A stretch of 64,000 nt of DNA. It comes from Schizochytrium sp. TIO01. Its lineage: Eukaryota; Protista; Bigyra: Labyrinthulomycetes. The notes beneath the pieces are model-generated. The model searched no databases and was not told where the DNA came from. It saw only the letters and a list, made by a program, of their open reading frames with translations. Where the stretch lies: assembly GCA_004764695.1 (NCBI GenBank), contig SMSO01000014.1, positions 4,474,845 to 4,538,844 on the forward strand. Direction: 5' to 3'. Position 1 is the first letter of the stretch. Each line of letters begins with the position of its first letter. The translations under genes and the position numbers were made by a program. Shown piece after piece: positions 46,986 through 57,960 of this stretch.

Positions 46986-49654
46986 AAAGACGCCATAACT
47001 TGAACGAGGCGGGTCTTTCATCGTCGAGATCTCTCTCCATCTAGCGAGATATCCGTGTTCTCGACGAGGCTAACAACGGTAGCCCACGCCTGACAAGTCC
47101 ACCGGCACATGCGTCTGCTCGCTCATCCAGTGCGTGCGTAGGCAGCGCGTGCGTTGTTCTCATCCTCATCATACATCACAAGTTCAACTCGAAGGGTAAT
47201 CTTTGCTGTCAACGACACCTAAAACTAAACATCGAAAACTGTGCCATTATCGTATACAGAACACGGGAAAAGGAGAGGATACATATATATATGTATATAT
47301 ACATATATATATATATAACAGAGAGAGAGAGACACGCGCTGAAGAAGAAGAAGAAGATCTTGGAAAGCAAGAGGCCACGAAGAGCAGGGTCCCGAGCGAG
47401 AGGAGGCGGTCTGGCGGGCCTTGGTATGCTTGCAGACAGGCGGTCAGGCGCCGCATGGAACGGCCTCAACGAACCCCCGTTGAGGGCGAAGAGGCGACTG
47501 GGATCGATGGGCCGGTGTCCATTGGCGCTGGAGCAGAGAGAGGGCTTTGAAAGATATGAAAGGTTTGAAAGACGTGAAAGACAGGGAAAGGAAGAAAGAA
47601 AGGAAGAAAGAGAGAGACTGCGAGAAGGCGCGTAGGTAGATGGGTAGGCAAGAGAGTACCCACAGCGGGTTGAAAGACACCGCTACTGCCATCGCTAAAC
47701 ACGCAGGAGGAGGTGTGTTGGGGCAGAAGCAGAACTTGAGCTACGCCGTCTGGCACACGAAAGCTTTGCAGAGCGATTGAGCGATTGTTCAACGGATTGA
47801 GCGATCGACGGGCTGCTTGAGGGATGGAGCGGATCGTTTGGATGAAAACTTATGGGAGAGAGGTGCGGATCGTGTCAGCCAGGAGAGGCAGCTCAGCGAG
47901 AGCCCAGGCAGGACCTGAGAGCCTTGGCACGATAGACACAGTTAGCGCGAACTGACTGTAGCAGCCTTCAACGGCAGGTCTTTCACTTCAGTAAGTAGAA
48001 GGAGGTTGCAGCTGTGGGGACTGGCTGGAACACGAGCGCGCGATCTTTCTTTCTTTCTCTCTGTCTCTCTGTCTCTCTGTAAAATGTATTTATGCCGCCG
48101 TTTGTTTGTTTTAAAGTTGGAGGTCTTTCAGTCTTTCAGTCTTTCAGTCTTTCTTTCTTTCTTTCTTTCATGCTATGAATGATTGATGGATTGATTGAAT
48201 GATTGATTGCCAAGCGTGCCAAAGACGCAACCACGAACATATATCTTTGGTCGCCAGGAAGGAAGGAAAGCCTTGGGCAAAGCTGCTGCGAGAGCTCGTG
48301 AATGGTGATGGGCGGAGGTGGTTGGCAAAGCAAGCAGGTACAGGGAGTGTTCATTGCGAGCATGAAGAAAGAAATCGACCTTGGAACGTCAGGTTTCTCT
48401 ATTTGCGTTTTCCCTTCTGAATACTACTATCTTCCCTTTATTGCGGTAACTATTCTTATCGTAAATAATAACCATCATCATCGAAACGAAAAGCAAAAAT
48501 GCTCAAGGAAACCGCTAAGCAGCGCCTACCGCAATCGCTAGTCCCCGTTCTTCGCTTAACTTTTTCATTTCCTTTTCCTTTTTCTTGTTTGTTAATTTTT
48601 GTTTATAATATACTATGTTTGATATTCAAATAGAAAACTTGAAAGGAAATACCCGCCTAAGAGGTGCTAGTGCCTGCTACTGCAACGGGAGGAGCGAAGG
48701 AATCGTGTCTTTCATTGATTGGGCGCGCAAAGCTCATGAAATCAAGGTCCGCCAAGAAACAGAAAGAGCAAACAAGATAGATAGCGAGCAGCCCGAAGGT
48801 AGATGCAATGCAGAAGGGACGGCCGAGGGTCCACGAGGGAGGCCCAAGAGGCAGGCCGCGCCGGGCCAGCGAGCTCTTTCTCTTTCTTTCTTTCTTTCTT
48901 GCTGGTTTCGCAGCTTCTTCGCTTTTTTGGCGTTTTATAGCAATTACAGCGATTAAGCAGAAAGCGTCTGAAAGAGAGTATTTATTATTGAGGGATCGTG
49001 GAAGAAGAGAAAGGCTCTTAAACATGAATACTTTAAAAGGAAAGAAAACCTAAAATGAAAGAAAGAATAGAATCGTTTTTAAAAACAGAGGAAAGAAAGA
49101 GAAAAAGAACCTCAAAAAAAATAGTTTCTTTGGGCTTAGAATAGCGGGGATAAATAGGCTTCAGGGTAGAAGTACCCTAGCTGGTAGCTGGGGCGGTAAG
49201 ACCTCCTAGGAGACTTGAGAGCTTTGTTTGAAGTTGGAAAAGCAAATGATCAATCAAAACGAAGTTGGAGCCCACGCGCAGAAGCTATAGCTGCGCTGCG
49301 CTGCACTGCACTGCGCGGGCGGGCGGGCGGGAAGGCGGGCAGGCGAGAGCGTGAAGGCCGCCTCGAGGACCCTCGAAGGGAAAGACCTCCTGCCTCCGAG
49401 TCGAGGGAGTGGCTACGACTGCGTTTCCGTTCATTCTCTCTCTGGTTTCTGGGTTTAAATCTGCAATTCACTCATTCTCTCATTCTCTCATTCTCTCATT
49501 CTCTCATTCTCTCATTCTCGCGATCTGCGTCGCAGCGCGGCAAGCCGTTCCGCCGTGAAGGCCGGGCCGCAGCGTGAGGAAGGCTGCTCAGGCGGTGAAC
49601 GACCCAGGCTGCAGGGACGATTCCTGCGACAAGCCGGAAGCCGTCGCAGCTGCC

Positions 49655-52600
49655 ATGCTCCGCTCCAGCGCCCCCGCGAGCAAGACCACGGGGACCCAGA
49701 CTGCGGAACACAGCGAACGGGTCGACGGCGAACCCAGGCTTGGCGAGGAATGCGAACTTGGAGAACGGCGTGCATATGGGAGCGTGGAGGGCGGCGGCGG
49801 TGGCAGGCATTGGAATGATGAGGATGAGGATGATGATGATGATGACAATGGGGAGGAGGAGATGGAGAATAAATTAGGGACTGCGAGGAAAGAGCTCGGG
49901 ATTCGTGGACCAAAACTCGCGCTGAAGACGTCGCAGGGTTCTAAAATCCCGCAAATTGTTGTAAGCAGGGATGTTGAAGGGTTGGACGCTGCCGAAAGCA
50001 TACCCAGCCTTGGCAAAAGACTCACGTGCAAAGGTCAGGAATCACAGTACCACCGGCAGCAGCAACGACTAAGCCAACTCCAGGATCAACAAAAATTGTA
50101 TCTAGAAGAATCGTATACGAAGAGAAACTTGAATATGCACGAGCACAGAGGATTCAATGACGAGGTCGATTATAATGATGCGGAGGTCAATAAAGACTAT
50201 TTACAAGCTACAGAACCTTGGAGAAGAAGGTATTCATCCGCGGAGAATGTCATACCAGAACGAAAAGCTGCTTTCCGTGAACCTACTTCTTCGTCTTCCT
50301 TTCGGAGTGTAAGACCGGGACGTGATGCTAAACCGCCGGATAATGAACCTATTGGCTCGCCCTTCACGCGCACTCGAGCAAGGCACGAATACAATATCGC
50401 TCCTGGACCCTATAAACCTTCTCAGAACAGCAAAATACAAGCACACAATGGTCATAAAGAGCACCAAAAAGTCTCAACATGTGTAATTGGCTATTTACAC
50501 ACTAATTCCGAATCTAAACGATCATCTGGCCAGGTTTCCAATCCGAAGGCTAGCATGGAGTCGCAGTCAGATGAAGTTGTTAATCGCAATGGCAGACATA
50601 CACCAACTACCAGTCTTGCTCCTCCTTCTTCACCAGCAGCTAAGTCACAACATCTTACAAGGGTTTTTCCTCAAATGGTGCGAACGAGTGAACTTGAAAG
50701 AACTCATGGGAGACGGAGAGCGGCATCATCAAATGACAGCAATCACCGCTATCCCCGGCGTCAGCTCTCTCAAAATAAAAAATTCCACACCGATCAAAGC
50801 CGGGAAAACTGCGACAATGATACTGGGGATATGGAAGAGGATATTCTTGAGCTTGAAACGATTAGCCTTTCTGAAAATGAAATGGACAACCTTGACAACT
50901 TGGATAACCTTGACGGAAATGCTGTCTGTCACAATTCGAGTACTAGCGACGAAGATCATGCCCTTGCGAGACAGCCATTAGCTGGTAGACGAACGAGGTC
51001 TGTGTCAACCCTCTCAGCAGCCTCATGCCCCTCCCCACGTTACCACTGTTCCCAAAACGAATCAGTAGCCCCGCGAGCAATTATGCATGATGACTATGAA
51101 ACGCATCGGAGATCCTTTAAACAACCATCAACTTTGACTCGACAAGATGAAAGGATCAGCTCCACCAACTCTAAATTTGACGACGAGGAGATTGGCATTA
51201 CTCCCGCTGCGCCTACCGAGACTAAAGTGTCGTACCGAAGGCATCACTCTTACCGCCATCAACCTCTACACAATGATGACACTTATATTTATGGTGCAAC
51301 CCGTGGTGCGCGTCTGGTAGGTCGCCAACCACAGCATCCAGGGGTAAGTCTCCGCCGGCGACGATTTCGAACGCCATTGCATGCACCAGTTCCACTGAAC
51401 GACGATGTCCAACTCCATCCACCGTTAAGTGATAGTTATGATCAAGACTTCATCGAAGATCCTGATTTCTCGAGCCCAGGCACGAGCGCAAGCACCCTTC
51501 CTGCGCGCTTTGATTATGATTTAGTTCCCCCAGAGCAGCAAGCAAATATCACCGAGAAAAAGAGCAAAAAGGTCCAAGAGTCTGCAACAGAGACTGAATT
51601 AGTTGAGCATGTGCGGCAGGATGATTGTGGGGAATGGTCATCCCTGCCAACGCCCCAACCTTCTGAAGAGAAACATTATTTGCGCCTTGGTAGGCGTGTG
51701 ATAGCACATGCTCCTCTCCCAAGTTATCAAAGTGTCGAAGATATTCATTTGGACAAGGATGACTATGAGAATGATGATCCGAACTCTTCTACTAATCAGC
51801 AGCAAGCCCTACGTTCCTCGTCGCGGCCTAACTTTTTGTGTACATACTCTAGGGATGAACAGAGTGTCGCAAGCGTATTCACCTCCAAGTCACGTCTTTG
51901 TACTGGCATTGGCACTAGTACTACTTCTAATCTCGAAAATGGGCCTGCTTCACCAATCAGGCATCTCCAAACGCGCTCTCTTCGTCAAATGCCTGAGAAT
52001 ATTCTTGCATCTCCTACAAGATTGGTTGGTATCCGTCGTTCCACATCTGCAGCTTCTTCCAGAGAATTTAGTTCACATAGTCATAAGTCTCCTGTAGGCA
52101 GCGGTGCTAGTGCCTTTTTCTCTGTGAATACAAGCCCGCGTTCTCATGTTGTTCCATCCCCGCGGCGGCAATACCGACATAGCTCTGATGTCCTTTCCTC
52201 AGATAGCACTCTCAGCGCCTCGGTTGCTCATTCTCTATTTGTGGTTGCTCCGCCGGTTTCGTCTGCAAGTCGTCGCAATAAGCTTACCCACTTTGAGCCG
52301 TCTAGCCCGCGTGTTCCTGACCTTGCGCAGACCCACCAACCATCTTCGAGTTTAATGGAGGATGTCAGAGAAGGACTGACAGCCTCTAGACCGAGAGGTT
52401 TACCATCCTCGCTAGCGTCACCTCAAATAGCACGGAGTAGTTATGGTGGAATGACTAATCCTGCAAGCCAAAACCCAAGCCCATTGCAGAGTCCTGGTTC
52501 TCGACTTCCCCAATCAAGTGCTCTTAGTCCTAGTTCGCAAAGCTTTTCTATATCAAAACGCAAGTCCTTGGGCAAAACACATCCTTCGTTTTTTGCTGAC

Positions 52601-53032
52601 TCCAACGAACACGTACCTCAGCCCCCGCCTCCTCGTGAAATGATCAGCCAACGTACTGTCGACTTTGACCGAAACCCTACTTTACCAACGCGTAGGATCC
52701 AAAGGTGGCAACATCAAAATAATGACTCTTGTACGCAATATACCGATTTGTCTAGTACGGTTGCCGACTCTTCAGGCGTTCGTAAAACCTTAAGTACAAG
52801 AAGGGATAATGTTTTCCACGATACGGATTCCCTTCTGTTGAATTTGAAGGCTCGTCCTGAAATTTCGCCAGACGCAAATGACGGACTTTTGCCTTTTTCA
52901 TCTAAAACCTCTTCGCTACGACGTCGGTACACCCTAGACAACAGTAAGCAATTTGCAGAGGCTCCTCAAGTGGCACATGATACATATATCACTTCCACAC
53001 GAAGTCTCGACCCTGCACCTGCCGCCTCTTGA
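49655..53032 (+). CDS. Hypothetical Ser/Pro/Arg-rich, largely disordered protein, ~1125 aa
   Basis: 3.4-kb uninterrupted ORF; first ATG in a gccATG context at 49655; no folded domain recognised. Confidence 0.75.
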   Translation: MLRSSAPASKTTGTQTAEHSERVDGEPRLGEECELGERRAYGSVEGGGGGRHWNDEDEDDDDDDNGEEEMENKLGTARKELGIRGPKLALKTSQGSKIPQIVVSRDVEGLDAAESIPSLGKRLTCKGQESQYHRQQQRLSQLQDQQKLYLEESYTKRNLNMHEHRGFNDEVDYNDAEVNKDYLQATEPWRRRYSSAENVIPERKAAFREPTSSSSFRSVRPGRDAKPPDNEPIGSPFTRTRARHEYNIAPGPYKPSQNSKIQAHNGHKEHQKVSTCVIGYLHTNSESKRSSGQVSNPKASMESQSDEVVNRNGRHTPTTSLAPPSSPAAKSQHLTRVFPQMVRTSELERTHGRRRAASSNDSNHRYPRRQLSQNKKFHTDQSRENCDNDTGDMEEDILELETISLSENEMDNLDNLDNLDGNAVCHNSSTSDEDHALARQPLAGRRTRSVSTLSAASCPSPRYHCSQNESVAPRAIMHDDYETHRRSFKQPSTLTRQDERISSTNSKFDDEEIGITPAAPTETKVSYRRHHSYRHQPLHNDDTYIYGATRGARLVGRQPQHPGVSLRRRRFRTPLHAPVPLNDDVQLHPPLSDSYDQDFIEDPDFSSPGTSASTLPARFDYDLVPPEQQANITEKKSKKVQESATETELVEHVRQDDCGEWSSLPTPQPSEEKHYLRLGRRVIAHAPLPSYQSVEDIHLDKDDYENDDPNSSTNQQQALRSSSRPNFLCTYSRDEQSVASVFTSKSRLCTGIGTSTTSNLENGPASPIRHLQTRSLRQMPENILASPTRLVGIRRSTSAASSREFSSHSHKSPVGSGASAFFSVNTSPRSHVVPSPRRQYRHSSDVLSSDSTLSASVAHSLFVVAPPVSSASRRNKLTHFEPSSPRVPDLAQTHQPSSSLMEDVREGLTASRPRGLPSSLASPQIARSSYGGMTNPASQNPSPLQSPGSRLPQSSALSPSSQSFSISKRKSLGKTHPSFFADSNEHVPQPPPPREMISQRTVDFDRNPTLPTRRIQRWQHQNNDSCTQYTDLSSTVADSSGVRKTLSTRRDNVFHDTDSLLLNLKARPEISPDANDGLLPFSSKTSSLRRRYTLDNSKQFAEAPQVAHDTYITSTRSLDPAPAAS

Positions 53033-53450
53033 GCTCTGGGAGAGAGAACAGGCTATAAACACCAACCTGAATCTTTTCACTGTAAAGTTTTCCGATACAA
53101 TACCTTAAAATGTAAAGATGCTTTTACTTTCCTTTAAGTTGCATTATGATGGACAGCGCTGATAGGATTCAATGGGTACCACTACCATCGCTTGAATTGC
53201 AAGTAATTGGCACACAGTTTAAAACGCGCATGACGGATTATCCAGTGCGATGACAAAACAAGTGCAGGAGGTAATGTGGCGATCATTGTAAGTGATGGGC
53301 CTGGAAATAGCAAATATGATTGTATTTTTATCAGAGATATTCACTATTTCTAAAGCTTGCGAACATACAAGCTTTCCTTGAACAAACAGTTATACTTGAG
53401 AAACCAAAAGATTTCATCTTTTTGCCTCGTCGTAGTTATAAGGCAACATT

Positions 53451-54085
53451 TTAAGAGCTTGCCTTGAGACCCATGCTACGGAAAAACTCTGAGACATTCT
53501 CAAGCTGCAACAGATCTGCTTCATTGAACTTTTTCATACACTTGTTTTCGTCTGGGTTCCAAAGCATCATGGTAGGAATTCCGCTTACATTGTAAGGTTC
53601 TTTACGCAGAAAGTGGCCTGCACCGGGATCAACTTTCCACTCTTCACGCGACAGCTCAACCTCGATGAGCTGGACTGCTGCCGGGGCATGCTGCATAGCC
53701 TCCTGAAGAACGGGGTCTGACTCTTCGCAGTCAGGGCACCAGCGTGAGCCATCCTCCTTGCTGCAATTCAGAAGTAAAATAACACCAGGTCCAAAAAACA
53801 CGTTAGTCATCAAATCAGCGCTCCATTATTAAAGATGCAATGAAATATGTACTTTTCCATAGGTTTCTTGACCACGAAGATAATGCAACGGCACGAAGAG
53901 ACGACCACGCGCCTGTAGTGGTCAAGCTACATGGAGGACATGAATGATCCATCGAACAAAAAAGAAGAAAGACTCCCAAACACGTACCGTGTTGCTGTGA
54001 ACAGTAGGACGACAGGCGAAGGACTGCCACGAAGGACCTGCAGCTTGCTCTGCAGGTGTACAGCTGAGAGGGTCTCGCGGATCAT
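53451..54085 (-). CDS. TXNDC17: Thioredoxin-like TXNDC17/TRP14 (DUF953), 135 aa, two exons: 54085-53988 and 53760-53451
   Basis: Spliced product MIRETLSAVHLQSKLQVLRGSPSPVVLLFTATRKEDGSRWCPDCEESDP...WK...HFLR...VSGIPTMMLW; WCPDC active site; phase-2 intron GTACGT...TTGCAG. Confidence 0.85.
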
Positions 54086-54723
54086 GGTGCTGTCTAGCCT
54101 CCCGGAGCAATTGCGTGTGGACTTAATTCGGGAACTGCCGATGTAGCTACTATGTATCTAGGGGTACTCCTATTGTTGCCTAAACAATCAGGCGATTGAT
54201 AAAAGGTACAAAAGGATCTCAAATCTGGTATTTCAATTTGTAGTCAGAGAATGTCAGATTGCAAATAATTAACAAAGCAGCCACAAAGAACTTCACAGAC
54301 ATGCAAAAGCACTTAATCGAGTCAACAAACTAGATACATTGTTCCTGTTGCAGCTTAAGGTTTGCAGCACAAAACTGTTCTTTTTCCCCTTTGTAGGTTA
54401 TTGTGGAGTACTCTTTCGGATGTTCAGGAGGGAAAAAAATGTTCACCAAAAGTTGGTAACGCCATTCGCTTTCCTGCTCTCAATAGCAGGCAATTAAACA
54501 CACAAGCAAAAGGCTGCTTAAACTTGTTTCCTTTTCTCAAGATTGGCACTTACCGAGAGGTGGCAACATTTAACATACGTTTGTCCATGTCAGCGAACAG
54601 ATTCTTTGAAACCCTTTCTAGTTATAAAGTATTATAGTAACTAATCTCGTTGTGCATGTTATTAGATACGAGAACATCTATTGTCTTCACAAGCTGTAAA
54701 ATCCAATATAGTAGGTCAATGTC

Positions 54724-57566
54724 TTACAACGCTGGCACATTCCTCATTTCTGCTGGTAAAACCTGGTTTGCATTAAGGTCGGGCACATACATGATCCGGC
54801 CATTGATAAGTACCTTTCTACCCTTAGGTTTTCGTTGTCGAAGAAACACATACTTGCACGCAAAACTCATAATTATGACAAAAAGCGCCGCGAAAACTGG
54901 GGCTAGAAGCAAAAGAGCAAGACGAGGAATCGAACTATCATAACAAACGTCAGAGATATACGCTGGCAAAGATACGTAGTCGACCCTCAAGTAATCCGGT
55001 TGATCGCCGCATAGAGGGTTCCCAGAGAGATCCAGATACGTTAAACTCGAATATTCAACAAGATCCCATGGCCCAGTATTCAAATCATTTCCACGCAGGA
55101 TCCTGTATAACAGTAGTTTATGTTCACCACGCCAAAACAAATACCTGTCAGTAAACTTGGTGTGTGTATACCATGCTTGTTGTCTATATTTGAAGAGGCC
55201 AAACTTACAGCTCGCGCAAAGAAGGCAGATAAGTGTACTCAGTAAACGCAGAGGTCAGCTGGTTCGATGCAAGATCTAAGTAGGATAAATGGGATAAGTA
55301 TCTGATGCTGTTCGGAGTGCTGCGCAGAACATTGTTTCTGGCCTCACTACCAAGTTCGATTAATCGCATAGAAATGAGAATAGAAGAAGAAACGAGAGCC
55401 CCTCCTCACACGCACGCCCCCCAAAAGGGAAAAAAGACGGATCTATACGTCAGTGGCAAAGTTCATTTGTAAAAAATACATCACCTTACTGTTTCTCCTT
55501 TTTTTTTTAACCTGTACTATAAACCTTTATGAGGTTACCAAAGCTCCAAAAACGTACAGTATTTTGAGACTAGTCAGATAAGAGAGACTGGAAGGCAGAT
55601 CTGTCAAATTGTTGTAAGACAGTGATCTGTGCTGCAGCAAAGTCATATTGGGTTAGCTACCGATTAAACAGAGAAGCTCAACATCCAAATAACACAACAA
55701 AAGGCTAACCAACTTACAATTTAGTTAGTTGCGTCAGAGAAGTGAAATACTCTGGAACCTGATCAAAGTAACTGTCTGTAATAGAAAGTGATGTCAAATA
55801 CGAAAGTGAGCTAATTTGAGGGAAATATGAAAGCCCGTCGCATGTGAGTGCAGATGTATACTCTGATAAGTCATCAGAATAGCATGTGTAGTACCAATCA
55901 CACAAACATAATTCAGATAAACTGCAGTCTGGAATAGGATCTGGCATACCGTATACATTTGTAATGTGACCCAAATATGGTTGAGGACCACAAATTGGGT
56001 TTGATGTGACATATCTGCATAGTTGGGAATGTGTGAACAAGACTGTCAGTAAATACAAGTACCGGGTCGAGTGGTAATCTTTATAAGGAAACTTACAGTG
56101 TGGTCAAATCTGTCATACCTTCTATTGCATCAGGCAACGTCTGAATGTTATTCGACTCGAGATCGAGGTATGCTAACTTTGTTAGAGTACCGATTGATTC
56201 TGGCAAAGAAGTGATCTCATTGATCCAGAGAGAGCTGTTTTTATATCGAATGATGTGAGTGATATGTTCTATGTAAAACCCTGTGAAACCCTGTTGTCAT
56301 GAGAGAAGGTAAACAAACTTACAAGCTAGTCAACTTTGTGAGAGCGCTGATTTGTTGAGGAATGGTGGTTATTGCGTTGCTCTTTAAATTGATTGTTTGA
56401 AGATTAGTAAGACCAAAAAGTTCTTGTGGTATTGCAGTCATTCCACCACTCAGCAATTCTCTTTGCTTTTGAAATATGTTTGCTCTACTGTTAGTTAAAA
56501 TCTCAGAGAAAGATATTGTCGTACATGCATGCACAGTGCATGTAGCAAGTGTGTCTAGAAACTTACAAAGAGGTAAGAGACGTAAGCGAAGATAGAAATG
56601 ACGGGGCTGTTGAGTCACCAGTGCAGAGAAGGATCTGTGTTGTAGAGTATGATGTACTTGAGCATTCACCCCCATCACACATGCAGTTATGCGCAGTTGT
56701 CGGAGACAGAGTTGGGCTTTGCGTCGGGACTTGAGACGATGAGTCACATGCTGGCACAGGGTTTGGCATACCGTATACATTTGAGATGTGGCCCAAATAT
56801 GGTTGAGGACCACATATTGGGTTTGACGTGACATATCTGCATATTTGTTTATGTGTGAACGAGACTGTCAGTAAGTACAAGCACCGAGTCGAGTGACAGT
56901 CCATATTAGGAAAGGAAACTTACAATGTGGACAAATCTGTCATATATTCTATTGCATCAGGCAACGTCTGAATGTTATTTGACTCGAGATCGAGGTAACC
57001 TAACTTTGTTAGAGCACTCATTGATTCTGGCAAAGAAGTGATCTCATTGATCCACAAGGTACTGTTTTTATACCAAATGATGTGAGCGATATGTTCTATG
57101 TAAGATCTTGTTATAATGGGAGAAAGTAAACAAACTTACAGACCAGTTAACATCGTGAGAGAACTAATTTCCTCTGGAACTGTTATTATCGCATTGCTTT
57201 TAAAGCTGATCTGGCGGAGATTAGTAAGCTCAAAAACAGTCTGTGGCACTGACGTCAAGCCGCCACTTAACAATGCTCTGTTTAATTTCAAAACAACTGA
57301 CACTGTTAATTTGAATGCTATCAAGGCTTTCTTTGTAAAGAACACTTGTAAATGTCGAATTCGCAAACTTACAGAGAAGTAAGAGATGTAAGAGCCGAGA
57401 GAAACGTCGGGGCACTCGATTCATATATACAGCTGAGACTTTCGGTTGTACTAGGGTACGATGCACTCGAGCAGGTACTGCTATCGCATGTGCAACTCGC
57501 GAATAGTTGTAACGGAAGATAGCCCGCAACGAAAGCCCACACAAGAACAACACCTACGAAAGTCAT
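54724..57566 (-). CDS. LRR type I membrane receptor-like gene A, 632 aa, 10 exons: 57566-57373, 57277-57140, 57061-56924, 56836-56567, 56460-56323, 56234-56097, 56014-55718, 55626-55558, 55346-55209, 55102-54724
   Basis: Signal peptide MTFVGVVLVWAFVAG; Cys caps CTCD...C and NPICG...C; 23-aa LxxLxLxxNxLxxLP repeats; PTQSPT stalk; TM LALLLLAPVFAALFVIIMSFAC followed by RQRK. Nine GT-AG phase-2 introns; exon lengths sum to 1899 nt with an open frame. Confidence 0.88.
55925..56715. repeat. Copy 1 of a ~790-bp near-identical tract shared by LRR genes A and B (copy 2 at 61237-62027)
   Basis: Constant 5312-bp offset at all exon boundaries (56014/61326, 56097/61409, 56323/61635, 56567/61879); introns are also nearly identical. 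Confidence 0.95.
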
Positions 57567-57788
57567 GGTATTTGTTTGCTTGTCACTTTGTTGCTATTTT
57601 GATTGCAAACTCGAGCGTAACATGGGGAGCATACCAATATGTTACCGAGGTTGATGAAACTGTACACTTATAGCACATTATAGTGCTGTACGGTTTATTC
57701 ACCGAGGTTCGCAGAGGTGAGCTTGGAGCCTTACTGTTTTATCTATATCACTCCAAAGATTTGGGAGCAGTAAGGGTTGTTAAGGGTA

Positions 57789-57960
57789 CTGTAGGCTCGC
57801 TTCAACGGACACTACGTATTTATAAGATTTGCAAAACTTGCATTTCCTATGGTGACATGGGGCTGTGGCCCAATTTAGGGTCAAAGTTTTAACCCGCGAC
57901 TCAAAGGGAAATTTTTTTAACATGTTCTTGGATAGGTTGTGCAAAAGGATGCCTGCGGCG
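57789..57960 (-). ncRNA. Putative Fanzor omegaRNA scaffold / transposon right end
   Basis: Lies at and just 3' of the nuclease C-terminus. Minus strand shows GC stem TTGGGCCACAGCCCC, near-palindrome TGCAAGTTTTGCA and terminal TGTCCGTTGAAGCGAGCCTACAG. TnpB/Fanzor omegaRNAs are encoded at the right end. Confidence 0.45.

Larger units (their letters stand above)
43507..48130 (+). promoter_or_regulatory. Homotypic cluster of the 9-mer GGTCTTTCA upstream of the 49655 gene
   Basis: Exact copies start at 43507, 45235, 45252, 45471, 47012, 47977 and 48122. Reverse-strand GTCTTTCA cores (tgaaagac) lie near 47566, 47575 and 47671. Confidence 0.5.

Noticed and set aside
45530-47003. ORFs of 138-233 aa (YLFTYLLI, RNSTKE, FVEFLS)
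   Set aside because: Open only because the tandem repeats lack stops in those frames.
43507-48130. GGTCTTTCA as retroviral-type LTR termini
   Set aside because: No long direct repeats or retroelement ORFs accompany the copies.
21436-49379. Recurring CCTYGAAGG near-palindromes (21436, 43056, 45178, 45337, 49371)
   Set aside because: Dispersed, also present in coding DNA (8191), and enrichment cannot be judged without a background model.
53815-54030. Alternative TXNDC17 first exon containing TYFIAS
   Set aside because: No GT donor in the required phase; the 54085-53988 exon gives a clean ATG and splice sites.
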